Source: Streptosporangiaceae bacterium
GTDB lineage: Bacteria > Actinomycetota > Actinomycetes > Streptosporangiales > Streptosporangiaceae
NCBI GenBank assembly: GCA_035532775.1
Contig: DATKQH010000376.1
Location: 4,507-68,506, forward strand
Reading direction: 5' to 3'
DNA length: 64,000 nucleotides
Shown one piece after another: positions 15,969-23,911 of the stretch (position 1 is the stretch's first letter; each line of letters begins with the position of its first letter). The notes under the pieces are model-generated. The model was not told the DNA's origin. It saw only the letters and a program-made list of their open reading frames with translations, and searched no databases. Both the position numbers and the translations under genes were made by a program.

Positions 15969-17989
15969 TGCTCGTCCGGATCATCGTCGGCGGCGTCATC
16001 GTCCTGGCCGGGCTGGGCCTGGCGGGGACGCGGCTCGCCTGGCTGGCTCGCCTGGTCCGGTCAGGCCAGCCTGCGCCTGGTCGGCTCGCGGACGCGCCCG
16101 CCCGGGTGACTGCCGAGCTCGCTGAGGTGCTCGGCCAGCGCAAGCTCTTCAAGCGGTGGCGGTCGGGACTTCCGCATGCGCTGGTGTTCTGGGGTTTCCT
16201 GATCCTGCTCTTCACCATCATCGAAGCACTGGGGGACACCTTCCTCAGCAAGGACTTCGCGATCCCGCTGATCGGGCACTCGGGCGAGCTCGGCTTCGTC
16301 GAGGACCTATTCACGGTGATCGTGCTGGCCGGGCTCGCGGTCTTCACGGTGACCCGGCTGGTCGAATCACCCCGCCGCCGGGGAAAGTCCTCCCGTTTCT
16401 ACGGCTCGCACACGACGGCCGCGTGGATCACGCTGTCGATGATCGCGCTTGTGATGATCACGCTGCTCGGCTACCGCGCGGCGCAAGTCAACACCGGTCA
16501 TTTCCCCTACGGGAACGCGGCATTCGCGTCCCACTGGCTCGCGGGCGTCTTGAAGCCGCTCGGCACGAGCGCGAACTCCGGGCTCGAAACCGGCCTGCTG
16601 CTGGCGAACATCGCCGTGATCATGGGGTTCGGCGTCTTCGTCACCTACTCCAAGCACCTGCACATCGTGATGGCGCCGCTGAACGTCGCGTTCTCACGGC
16701 GGCCGCGTGCGCTCGGGGCGCTGGGCGAGCTGCCCGCCGAGGCGCCGGCGGCAACTCCGCAACTCGAGCTGCTGACCTGGAAGCAGCGGCTGGACGCGCT
16801 GACGTGCACCGAATGCGGGCGATGCCAGTCCGCCTGTCCGGCGTGGAATAGTGGCCAGCCGCTGTCTCCCAAGCTGCTCATCATGAACCTGCGGGACGGC
16901 CTGATGTCGTCTGGTACCGGGAGCGCAAGCGACACTGTCCATGACGGGGACAGCAACGGAACCGATGGCGCCGCCGAGACGGCGGTCATCAGCCCGGACG
17001 TTCTGTGGTCCTGCACTACCTGCGGTGCCTGCGTGGAGCAATGCCCCGTCGACATCGAGCACGTCGACACGATCGTGCATCTGCGCCGCCAGCTCGTCGA
17101 CGCGGGACAGATCGAGCCTGCCGTCCGGCAGGTTCTCCAGGCTGACGCCCAGCAGGGCAACTCCTTCGGCAAGTCGAGCCGGATGCGTGCCCGGTGGACC
17201 CGCGAGCTCGGCTTCGGCGTGAAGGACGCCCGCAAGGAGCCAGTGCGGTACCTGTGGTTCGTCGGCGACTTCGCCTCGTTCGACGAACGGCTTCAGGTCC
17301 TGTCCCGCAGCCTGGCCCGCATCCTGCGCGATGCGGGCGTGGACTTCGGGATGCTCTTCGACGGCGAACGCGACGACGGCAACGACGTGCGGAGGATCGG
17401 CGAGGAGGGCCTGTTCCAGATGCTCGCCGAGCAGAACATGGAAGCGTTCCGCAGCGCCACCTTCGAGGAGATCTTCACCACTGATCCCCACTCGTTCAAT
17501 ACCCTGCGGAACGAGTATCCGGCGTTCGGCCTGGACAAGCCGGTCATGCACTACTCGCAACTGCTGCAGCGCCTGCTTGGCGATGGGGCCATCGGCGTCG
17601 AGCCGCTCGGCATGCGGGTGACCTACCACGACCCGTGTTACCTGGCCAGGCACAACCGGCTTACCGACCCGCCACGGCAAGTCCTCGCTGCGCTCGGCTG
17701 CGATCTGGTGGAGATGCCGAGGAACGGGCTGAACACGTTCTGCTGCGGAGCAGGCGGCGGGCGGATCTGGATGACGGGACCTGAACAGGCCGAGCGGCCG
17801 AGCGAGAGCCGGATCCGCGAGGCGGTTGCCGTCGGCGTCGATCACTTCGTGGTCGCCTGCCCGAAGGACTTCGTCATGTACACCGATGCGGTCAAGACCA
17901 CGGGCAACGACGACCGCATCACGGTGATCGATCTCATCCAGCTTGTCGACCGGGCGCGCCGCCCGGCCCCGACTCTCGAAACCGTCTGA
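15965..17989 (+). CDS. Membrane-anchored FeS/CCG oxidoreductase (EMO / EtfD-like ETF:menaquinone oxidoreductase)
   Basis: The N-terminal ~250 aa are hydrophobic with several predicted helices. These are followed by CTECGRCQSACP, CTTCGACVEQCP and CCG motifs (HDPCYLARH, FCCGAGGG). ATGA overlap with etfA. Confidence 0.8.
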   Translation: MMLVRIIVGGVIVLAGLGLAGTRLAWLARLVRSGQPAPGRLADAPARVTAELAEVLGQRKLFKRWRSGLPHALVFWGFLILLFTIIEALGDTFLSKDFAIPLIGHSGELGFVEDLFTVIVLAGLAVFTVTRLVESPRRRGKSSRFYGSHTTAAWITLSMIALVMITLLGYRAAQVNTGHFPYGNAAFASHWLAGVLKPLGTSANSGLETGLLLANIAVIMGFGVFVTYSKHLHIVMAPLNVAFSRRPRALGALGELPAEAPAATPQLELLTWKQRLDALTCTECGRCQSACPAWNSGQPLSPKLLIMNLRDGLMSSGTGSASDTVHDGDSNGTDGAAETAVISPDVLWSCTTCGACVEQCPVDIEHVDTIVHLRRQLVDAGQIEPAVRQVLQADAQQGNSFGKSSRMRARWTRELGFGVKDARKEPVRYLWFVGDFASFDERLQVLSRSLARILRDAGVDFGMLFDGERDDGNDVRRIGEEGLFQMLAEQNMEAFRSATFEEIFTTDPHSFNTLRNEYPAFGLDKPVMHYSQLLQRLLGDGAIGVEPLGMRVTYHDPCYLARHNRLTDPPRQVLAALGCDLVEMPRNGLNTFCCGAGGGRIWMTGPEQAERPSESRIREAVAVGVDHFVVACPKDFVMYTDAVKTTGNDDRITVIDLIQLVDRARRPAPTLETV

Positions 17990-17999
17990 GGGGGACAGC

Positions 18000-18320
18000 A
18001 TGGACTGCCCGTGGTGCGACCTCGCGGCCGGGCCACGGGCACTTCATGCTCATCTCGGCGAGCGGCACGGCGACCAGGTCCGGACAAGTGAGCGCAACGG
18101 GAAGGTCTTCTACGAGATCACCTGCCCGAAGTGCGGAGACCGTTACCAGCATTTGGTCAGGAAGGCCGCCCGCGACCCGGAGTTCCTGGCCGGATTCGGC
18201 CGCGAGATACGCATGGTTGCCCTCGACATGCTCGTCCATCACCTGTTGGCCGAGCACGGGCAGCCCCACGACGAGCAGCCCGGACACGAACTGCCAGCAC
18301 AGCAGGGGACAGGAGACTGA
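18000..18320 (+). CDS. Small hypothetical protein with two CxxC...HxxxxH zinc-finger-like units
   Basis: MDCPWCDLAAGPRALHAHLGERH and CPKCGDRYQH...LVHHLLAEH. The ATG at 18000 lies 11 nt after the EMO stop, and the gene ends 5 nt before lbpA paralog 2. Confidence 0.5.
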   Translation: MDCPWCDLAAGPRALHAHLGERHGDQVRTSERNGKVFYEITCPKCGDRYQHLVRKAARDPEFLAGFGREIRMVALDMLVHHLLAEHGQPHDEQPGHELPAQQGTGD

Positions 18321-18324
18321 CGCG

Positions 18325-18762
18325 GTGGCCCTGGTCAACAACTGCAACATTCCCGAGGACCTGTACTACGTCGTCGACAAGCACGTCTGGGCCCGCAAGG
18401 ACGGCGACCTGGTGACGGTCGGGATGACCGACGTCGCGCAGAGCCTCGCCAAGTCGATCATCGCCGTGACCCTCAAGAAGCCGGGCAGGGCAGTCGCCCG
18501 TGGCCGCAACATCGCCACGGTCGAAAGCGGCAAGTGGGTCGGCCCGGTGCCCGCGCCTGTAACCGGCGAGATCGCGGAGGTCAATGCCGCGCTCGAAACC
18601 TCACCGGGGCTGATCAACTCCGATCCGTATGGTGGCGGATGGGTGGCCAGGCTGCGACCCTCTGACTGGGACGCCGAAGTGAGCGACCTCGCATCGGGCC
18701 CGGCGGGCGTCGAGGTATACCGGCAGTTCCTCGACGCGGAAGGGATCGCCTGCGGCGGGTGA
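18325..18762 (+). CDS. lbpA: GcvH-like lipoate-binding protein LbpA (paralog 2)
   Basis: IPEDLYYVVDKHVWAR...VGMTDVAQ...ATVESGKWVGPVPAPVTG...DPYGGGWVARL. GTG 18325 with AGGAG 9 nt upstream. Confidence 0.75.
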   Translation: MALVNNCNIPEDLYYVVDKHVWARKDGDLVTVGMTDVAQSLAKSIIAVTLKKPGRAVARGRNIATVESGKWVGPVPAPVTGEIAEVNAALETSPGLINSDPYGGGWVARLRPSDWDAEVSDLASGPAGVEVYRQFLDAEGIACGG

Positions 18763-18768
18763 CGATGC

Positions 18769-19224
18769 ATGGCTGACCTCCTCTGGCATGGCTGCGCCGT
18801 TCCGGACCACCTGCTCTATGACGTCGAACTGAACGTCTGGGTCCGCCTGGAAGGCGACGTCGCCGTGCTGGGGATGACCGATATCGCTCAGACCCTGGGC
18901 GGACGGATGGTGCAGGTCAGCTGGAAAAGAACCGGCCGGAGCTATCAGCGCGGCCGGTCCGTCGCGGTCATCGAGAGCGCCAAGTGGGTCGGGCCGTTTC
19001 CCACGCCGCTGACCGGAGAACTGCTCGAGGTTAACGAGGAGCAGTTTGCCTCCGATATTGCCGTCGCCAACCGCGACCCGTACGGGACGGGCTGGATGGC
19101 GCGGATCCGGCCAGCCGATCTCGCGGGGGAGCGGCACCACCTGGTGGACGGCACCGCTGCGTTCGAGGCTTACCGCGAACTGATCGATGAACGAGATATC
19201 CGCTGCTACCGATGTGTGGACTGA
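18769..19224 (+). CDS. lbpA: GcvH-like lipoate-binding protein LbpA (paralog 3)
   Basis: VPDHLLYDVELNVWVR...LGMTDIAQ...AVIESAKWVGPFPTPLTG...DPYGTGWMARI. Clearly a tandem paralog of the preceding gene. Confidence 0.8.
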   Translation: MADLLWHGCAVPDHLLYDVELNVWVRLEGDVAVLGMTDIAQTLGGRMVQVSWKRTGRSYQRGRSVAVIESAKWVGPFPTPLTGELLEVNEEQFASDIAVANRDPYGTGWMARIRPADLAGERHHLVDGTAAFEAYRELIDERDIRCYRCVD

Positions 19225-19243
19225 CCCGAAGGAGAGAGCACCC

Positions 19244-19771
19244 ATGCAGACCACCGACATCTCCGCCGCTGCCCAGGAAATGACCCAGGACGAGCAGGCC
19301 AAGCGCATGGCCATCATCTGCTGGAGCGGTGACCTGGACCGGGTGTGGCCGACCCTGATCCTGGCCACGACCGGCGCCGCATCCGGCCTGGAGGTCGACG
19401 TGTTCTTCACCTTCTGGGGACTGCGAGTGCTCCAGAAGAACTCCAGGCGGATCACCGGCAGGAACTGGATGCAAAAGGGCGAGTCGCTCGTCGACCGCGG
19501 CGGCACCGACCACCTCAAGCTCGGCAAGATCCATTTCGGCGGCATGGGCACAAAGATGATCAAGATGCTGGCAAAGCGGTACAAGGTCGCCAGCCCGACC
19601 GAGCTGCTGGACATGGCGCTCGAGTGCGGCGTGCGGCTGCACCCCTGCCAGATGACGATGGACCTGTACGGCTTTGCCGCGGACGATTTCATCGACGGCC
19701 TGCAGCCCACGCTCGGCGCGGCGAGCTTCATCGACATGGCGGCCAAAGCCGACATCACGTTGTTCATCTGA
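19244..19771 (+). CDS. DsrE/DsrF/DrsH-like family protein (DrsE_2 type)
   Basis: MAIICWSGDLDRVWPTLILATTGAASGLEVDVFFTFWGL...HPCQMTMD pattern. ATG 19244 preceded by GGAGAG. Confidence 0.7.
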   Translation: MQTTDISAAAQEMTQDEQAKRMAIICWSGDLDRVWPTLILATTGAASGLEVDVFFTFWGLRVLQKNSRRITGRNWMQKGESLVDRGGTDHLKLGKIHFGGMGTKMIKMLAKRYKVASPTELLDMALECGVRLHPCQMTMDLYGFAADDFIDGLQPTLGAASFIDMAAKADITLFI

Positions 19772-19772
19772 C

Positions 19773-20444
19773 GTGCTGATCCTGCTGACCACCGACCCGG
19801 TCATCACCCGCCGGATCGGTCAGCTGGCGCAGGAGCATGGGCTGGTAGTCGCCGATCCGCCGGAGGCGGCACCGGACTCGGATCAGGCTACGGCTGGCGC
19901 GGCACCTGTGCTGGCCGTTATCGACGTGCTGCGCTCGGATGCCCTGGAGCGCGTGCGAGCGTGGCGTGCCTGGTGGCCGGACACGCTGATCGCGGGCCAC
20001 ATCGGCGTTCCGGACAAAGACCGGTGGGTTGCCGCCCAGCGGGCCGGCTGCGATCTGGTTGCCAGCCGGGGCGCGTTGCTGCCGCAGCTGCGCGAACGGC
20101 TGGCCCGGAGCGGCGGCCAGCGTAGTGAGCGGTTCCCGCTGCTCGATGTGGCTGAGGCCGCCGGACGGCTCGGGCTGGTCTGCCGAGTGGACGTGACGCC
20201 AGTTGGCCCGGTGTCCGTCTATCGGGTGGCCGGTGGCTGGCACGTGGTCGCCGACCGCTGTCCGCATGCCGGGGCCGCGCTCTCCGCCGGGGATCTCGAT
20301 GGCACGGTGATCACGTGTCCCGGGCACGGTAGCAGGTTCGATGTCCGGACCGGCGAGCGGCTTCGCGGCCCGGCCGATACCGACATCGCGGTGTTCCCCA
20401 TCGTCCAGGAAGGCGGTCAGATCTGCCTGTCGGTCAGGCGGTAA
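19773..20444 (+). CDS. Rieske [2Fe-2S] domain protein with an uncharacterised ~110-aa N-terminal domain
   Basis: C-terminal CPHAGAALS...CPGHGSRF Rieske motifs. GTG 19773 lies 2 nt after the upstream stop. I do not recognise the N-terminal half. Confidence 0.75.
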   Translation: MLILLTTDPVITRRIGQLAQEHGLVVADPPEAAPDSDQATAGAAPVLAVIDVLRSDALERVRAWRAWWPDTLIAGHIGVPDKDRWVAAQRAGCDLVASRGALLPQLRERLARSGGQRSERFPLLDVAEAAGRLGLVCRVDVTPVGPVSVYRVAGGWHVVADRCPHAGAALSAGDLDGTVITCPGHGSRFDVRTGERLRGPADTDIAVFPIVQEGGQICLSVRR

Positions 20445-20460
20445 GCCCGCTCGACAGACC

Positions 20461-21075
20461 TCACTGGTGCGGCAGGAAGATCTCCCGTGCCTCGCGAAGG
20501 GCGTAGAAGACGATGACAAGGGCGGCAATAGGGTCGGCCCACCACCAGCCCGCGGCAGCATTGAGAAGCAATCCGGCCAGCACGGCGACCGCCAGGATCC
20601 CGTCGACGAGCGTCACTCTGCCCTCGGTGATGAGCACGGGGTTATCTAGTTGCCTCCCGGCGCGAGCCTTGCCGGCGGCCAGGCCAGCCATGGCGGCCGC
20701 GGTCATGGCCGTCCAGGCAATGCCGAGTGCGCTATGGCCGGGGTGGTAGCCGGTGACCAGAACCACGACAGACTGCGCGGCCAGGTATCCGGCGAGGGCC
20801 AGGAACGCGCCCCCGATCAGCCGGAGGGCACGGCGCTGCCGGTTTTCGCCAGTGCCCGACAGCTCCCAGAGCACGACCGTGCTTGCGCCGATCTCGATCA
20901 GCGAGTCCAGGCCGAATCCGGCTAGCGCGACCGAGCGGGCCTGAATCGCGGCGACGGCCAGCACGACGATGCCGACGACGTTCCAGCCCAGCGTGATGCC
21001 TTCCAGAATGCGGCCGCGGCGCAGCAGTGTGGCGGAGGCGGCAGGCGCCTCTGGTGCTGATTCGGCGGTCGTCAT
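20461..21075 (-). CDS. Cation diffusion facilitator-type cation efflux protein (membrane domain only)
   Basis: 204 aa with a multi-helix hydrophobic profile and CDF-like motifs (ALAGFGLDSLIE, DPIAALVI). Confidence 0.7.
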   Translation of the reverse strand: MTTAESAPEAPAASATLLRRGRILEGITLGWNVVGIVVLAVAAIQARSVALAGFGLDSLIEIGASTVVLWELSGTGENRQRRALRLIGGAFLALAGYLAAQSVVVLVTGYHPGHSALGIAWTAMTAAAMAGLAAGKARAGRQLDNPVLITEGRVTLVDGILAVAVLAGLLLNAAAGWWWADPIAALVIVFYALREAREIFLPHQ

Positions 21076-21218
21076 GTTTGGCTTCCGTCACTGGTACTGA
21101 GAGGTGGCTCGATGCGGCCCGTGAACTGCTCTGGGAGTCTGCCAGGTACTTCGCTGGCAGAACAATAGCGCCGGCCCATTCGTCTGGCAGAGTTCATCTG
21201 CTGTCGGCTGCGTGGATG

Positions 21219-22505
21219 TCAGCTGGCTGTTCTGTCGAGGTGGCGCAGTCCTTCGCCGACGTAGATCTGCCGCGGCCGGGAGATCTTCTGTTCCGGGTCA
21301 GCTGCGCCTTCCTGCCACTGGGCCAGCCAGCCAGGCATCCGCCCGATCGCGAAGAGCACCGGGAACATGCTGACCGGGAAGCCCATCGCCTGGTAGATGA
21401 TGCCGGAGTAGAAGTCGACGTTCGGGTACAGCCTGTGCTCGATGAAGTACTGGTCGGCGAGCGCGATCCGCTCCAGCTCGAGGGCGATGTCAAGGAGCGG
21501 GTTACGCCCGGTGACCTGGAACACGTCGTCGGCGACTGTCTTGATGATCGTGGCGCGGGGGTCGAAGTTCTTGTACACGCGGTGGCCGAACCCCATCAGC
21601 CGCAGTTCGCCTCGCTTCACCCGCTCGATGTAGGCGGGGATGTTGTCCGTGGACCCGATCTGTCGCAGCATGCGCAGTACTTGCTCGTTGGCGCCGCCGT
21701 GCAGCGGGCCGTACAGCGCAGCGGTGGCCGCCGCGGCCGCCGAGTAGGGGTCGACCTGGGAGCTGCCGACGAGCCGCATCGCACTGGTAGAGCAGTTCTG
21801 CTCGTGATCGGCGTGCAGCGTGAACAGCACGTCCAGGGCGTGCTCGAGCACCGGGTCGGGACGGTACCGGGGCTCGGTCATCTTCCGCATCATGGACAGG
21901 AAGTTGCCCGGATAGGACAGGTCGTCGTCAGGATAGGCGTACGGCAGGCCCATCGCGTGCCGGTAGGCGAACGCTGCCAGCGTCGGCATCTTGGCGATCA
22001 GCCGGACGACCTGCTCATCCTGGCGCGTCTCATCGGAGATGGCCTTTGCTTCCGGGTAGAAGGTGGACAGCGCGGCGACCGTGCTCACCAGGATGCCCAT
22101 GGGGTGGGCGTCGTGGTGGAAGCCGTCGATGAACTTCTTGACGTTCTCGTGCACGAAGGTGTGGTTGGTGATCTCCTGCGTCCAGGCGGCTGATTCTTCC
22201 TTGCCGGGCAGTTCGCCGCGCAGCAGCAGGTACGCCACATCCAGGAAGGACGTGTGGGTGGCGAGTTCCTCGATCGGGTAGCCGCGGTAGCGGAGGATTC
22301 CCTCATCGCCGTCGATGAAGGTGATCGCACTGCGGCAGTTCGCGGTGTTGAGGAACGCCGGATCGTACGACATCAGCCCGAAGTCGCTCTCGGACACCTT
22401 GATCTGGCGCAGGTCGATCGCACGGATGGCGCCATCGGTTATCGGGATCTCGTAGCTGCGGCCGCTCCGTGAATCGGTGACATGCAGGGCTCCGCTGGTG
22501 CCCAT
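21219..22505 (-). CDS. gltA: Citrate synthase
   Basis: Hallmark motifs GFGHRVYK and ADHEQNCST. Start MGTSGALHV at 22505 with GAGGAGGG SD. The longer ORF to 22652 was rejected. Confidence 0.9.
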   Translation of the reverse strand: MGTSGALHVTDSRSGRSYEIPITDGAIRAIDLRQIKVSESDFGLMSYDPAFLNTANCRSAITFIDGDEGILRYRGYPIEELATHTSFLDVAYLLLRGELPGKEESAAWTQEITNHTFVHENVKKFIDGFHHDAHPMGILVSTVAALSTFYPEAKAISDETRQDEQVVRLIAKMPTLAAFAYRHAMGLPYAYPDDDLSYPGNFLSMMRKMTEPRYRPDPVLEHALDVLFTLHADHEQNCSTSAMRLVGSSQVDPYSAAAAATAALYGPLHGGANEQVLRMLRQIGSTDNIPAYIERVKRGELRLMGFGHRVYKNFDPRATIIKTVADDVFQVTGRNPLLDIALELERIALADQYFIEHRLYPNVDFYSGIIYQAMGFPVSMFPVLFAIGRMPGWLAQWQEGAADPEQKISRPRQIYVGEGLRHLDRTAS

Positions 22506-22849
22506 AACTGCACCCTCCTCAGCGCACACAGGCGTCGGGCAGCAGTCGCGTCCGCCTGCAAGGCTTCCATGCCTGCACCCTAAGCCGCGCGGGCCGGAGC
22601 GAGGGCGGCCCGAACGGCCTGTACTGGCGGGACTTCGGTCACTGGGCAGCATGATCCGCGGCTCGCGAGCGACCGCGGCCTAAGCGTGAGGGTCGTGACA
22701 GTCTGGGTCGCTGGGGCGGGTGGACACGCATGCCCGGGACTTCCGCTGACGTCTGTGTGCTGTCGTCCTACGGGCATGATCGGTTCCCTACCCTGCGAAC
22801 CTGTGCCCGTACCGCTTCAAGATTGTCGCGAGGGATCTGACCTTGGGGT

Positions 22850-23002
22850 TCACCGGGATCAGCTACACGATCCCAGAAGATGGACGCCGCCGGGGTGCTC
22901 CCTGAGTTCGCCGGCATCGCGGTGCATGACGCGTGGGCGCCATACGACACCTACCAGGACCTAGCCGGGCATGCTCTATGCAACGCCCGTGCGCTTGAGC
23001 GC
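22850..23002 (+). mobile_element. Remnant of an IS66-family-like transposase (about 50 codons)
   Basis: Translation ...[41 protein letters not shown] resembles the conserved DDE-region block of actinobacterial IS66-type transposases. No flanking transposase sequence or inverted repeats were seen. Confidence 0.4.
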
Positions 23003-23030
23003 GGACCTGAACCAGAAGGAGGACACCACA

Positions 23031-23816
23031 ATGACCGATCACAGGACCGGAACCCGTGAGGAGTGGCTTGCCGCCCGGCTGGAGCTGCTGGAGGCCGAGA
23101 AGGAGCTGACGCGGCGCGGCGACGAGCTGGCGCGGTGGCGGCAGGAGCTGCCGTGGGTCCGCGTCGGAAAACCTTACCGGTTCGACACCGACGAGGGCAC
23201 GGCGTCGCTGGCCGATCTGTTCGCGGGGCGTTCGCAGCTGCTCGTCTACCACTTCATGTTCGGGCCCGACTACAGCGCGGGGTGCCCGTCCTGCTCGTCG
23301 ATCGCCGACGGCTTCGACGGCTTCGTCGTCCACCTCGCCAACCACGACGTCACGATGTGTGCGGTGACGCGGGCTCCACTGGAGAAAATACAGGCGTACC
23401 AGCAGCGGATGGGCTGGAGCTTCCCCTGGGCGTCATCGTCCGGCAGCGACTTCAACTACGACTTCCAGGCGGCGTTCACCCCGGAGCAGCAGCAGTCGGG
23501 AACCGGCGAGTACAACTTCCGCCCGAGGGACATGCGGTCGTCGCTGGAGGCCGGCAAGGAGGGGCCGCTTGCCGGGTGGGCGGCCAACTGCGGCACGGAC
23601 TGGCCGACGTACGCGCGGGAGGCTCCCGGTATAAGCACGTTCGCGCTCGAGGACGGCGTCGTCTACCACACCTACTCGGCCTACGCGCGCGGCTTGGACG
23701 GCCTGTGGGGCATGTACCAGTGGCTGGACCGGGCACCACGAGGACGAAACGAGACACGTACCCCCGGCGCCCCCCTCAACTGGTACCGCCGGCACGACGA
23801 GTACGACAGCCAGTGA
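23031..23816 (+). CDS. DUF899 family thioredoxin-like protein
   Basis: [34 protein letters not shown]...[29 protein letters not shown] lies upstream of ATG 23031. Confidence 0.8.
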   Translation: MTDHRTGTREEWLAARLELLEAEKELTRRGDELARWRQELPWVRVGKPYRFDTDEGTASLADLFAGRSQLLVYHFMFGPDYSAGCPSCSSIADGFDGFVVHLANHDVTMCAVTRAPLEKIQAYQQRMGWSFPWASSSGSDFNYDFQAAFTPEQQQSGTGEYNFRPRDMRSSLEAGKEGPLAGWAANCGTDWPTYAREAPGISTFALEDGVVYHTYSAYARGLDGLWGMYQWLDRAPRGRNETRTPGAPLNWYRRHDEYDSQ

Positions 23817-23911
23817 CGGGAGACCACGGACACGCAAAGGAACAGGACGATCATGAAGGATGAGCCAAGAATGCGGAGTGGCTGGTATCCGGCGCCACCG
23901 GCACGCCGGGG

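Noticed and set aside
21139-21160. Hairpin CTGCCAG-N8-CTGGCAG downstream of citrate synthase as a terminator
   Set aside because: The stem is only 7 bp with no U-tract, which is too weak to call.
21219-22652. 477-aa version of citrate synthase
   Set aside because: The extra 49 N-terminal residues are Arg/Gly/Pro-rich. ATG 22505 has a strong GAGGAGGG SD and gives a normal-length enzyme.
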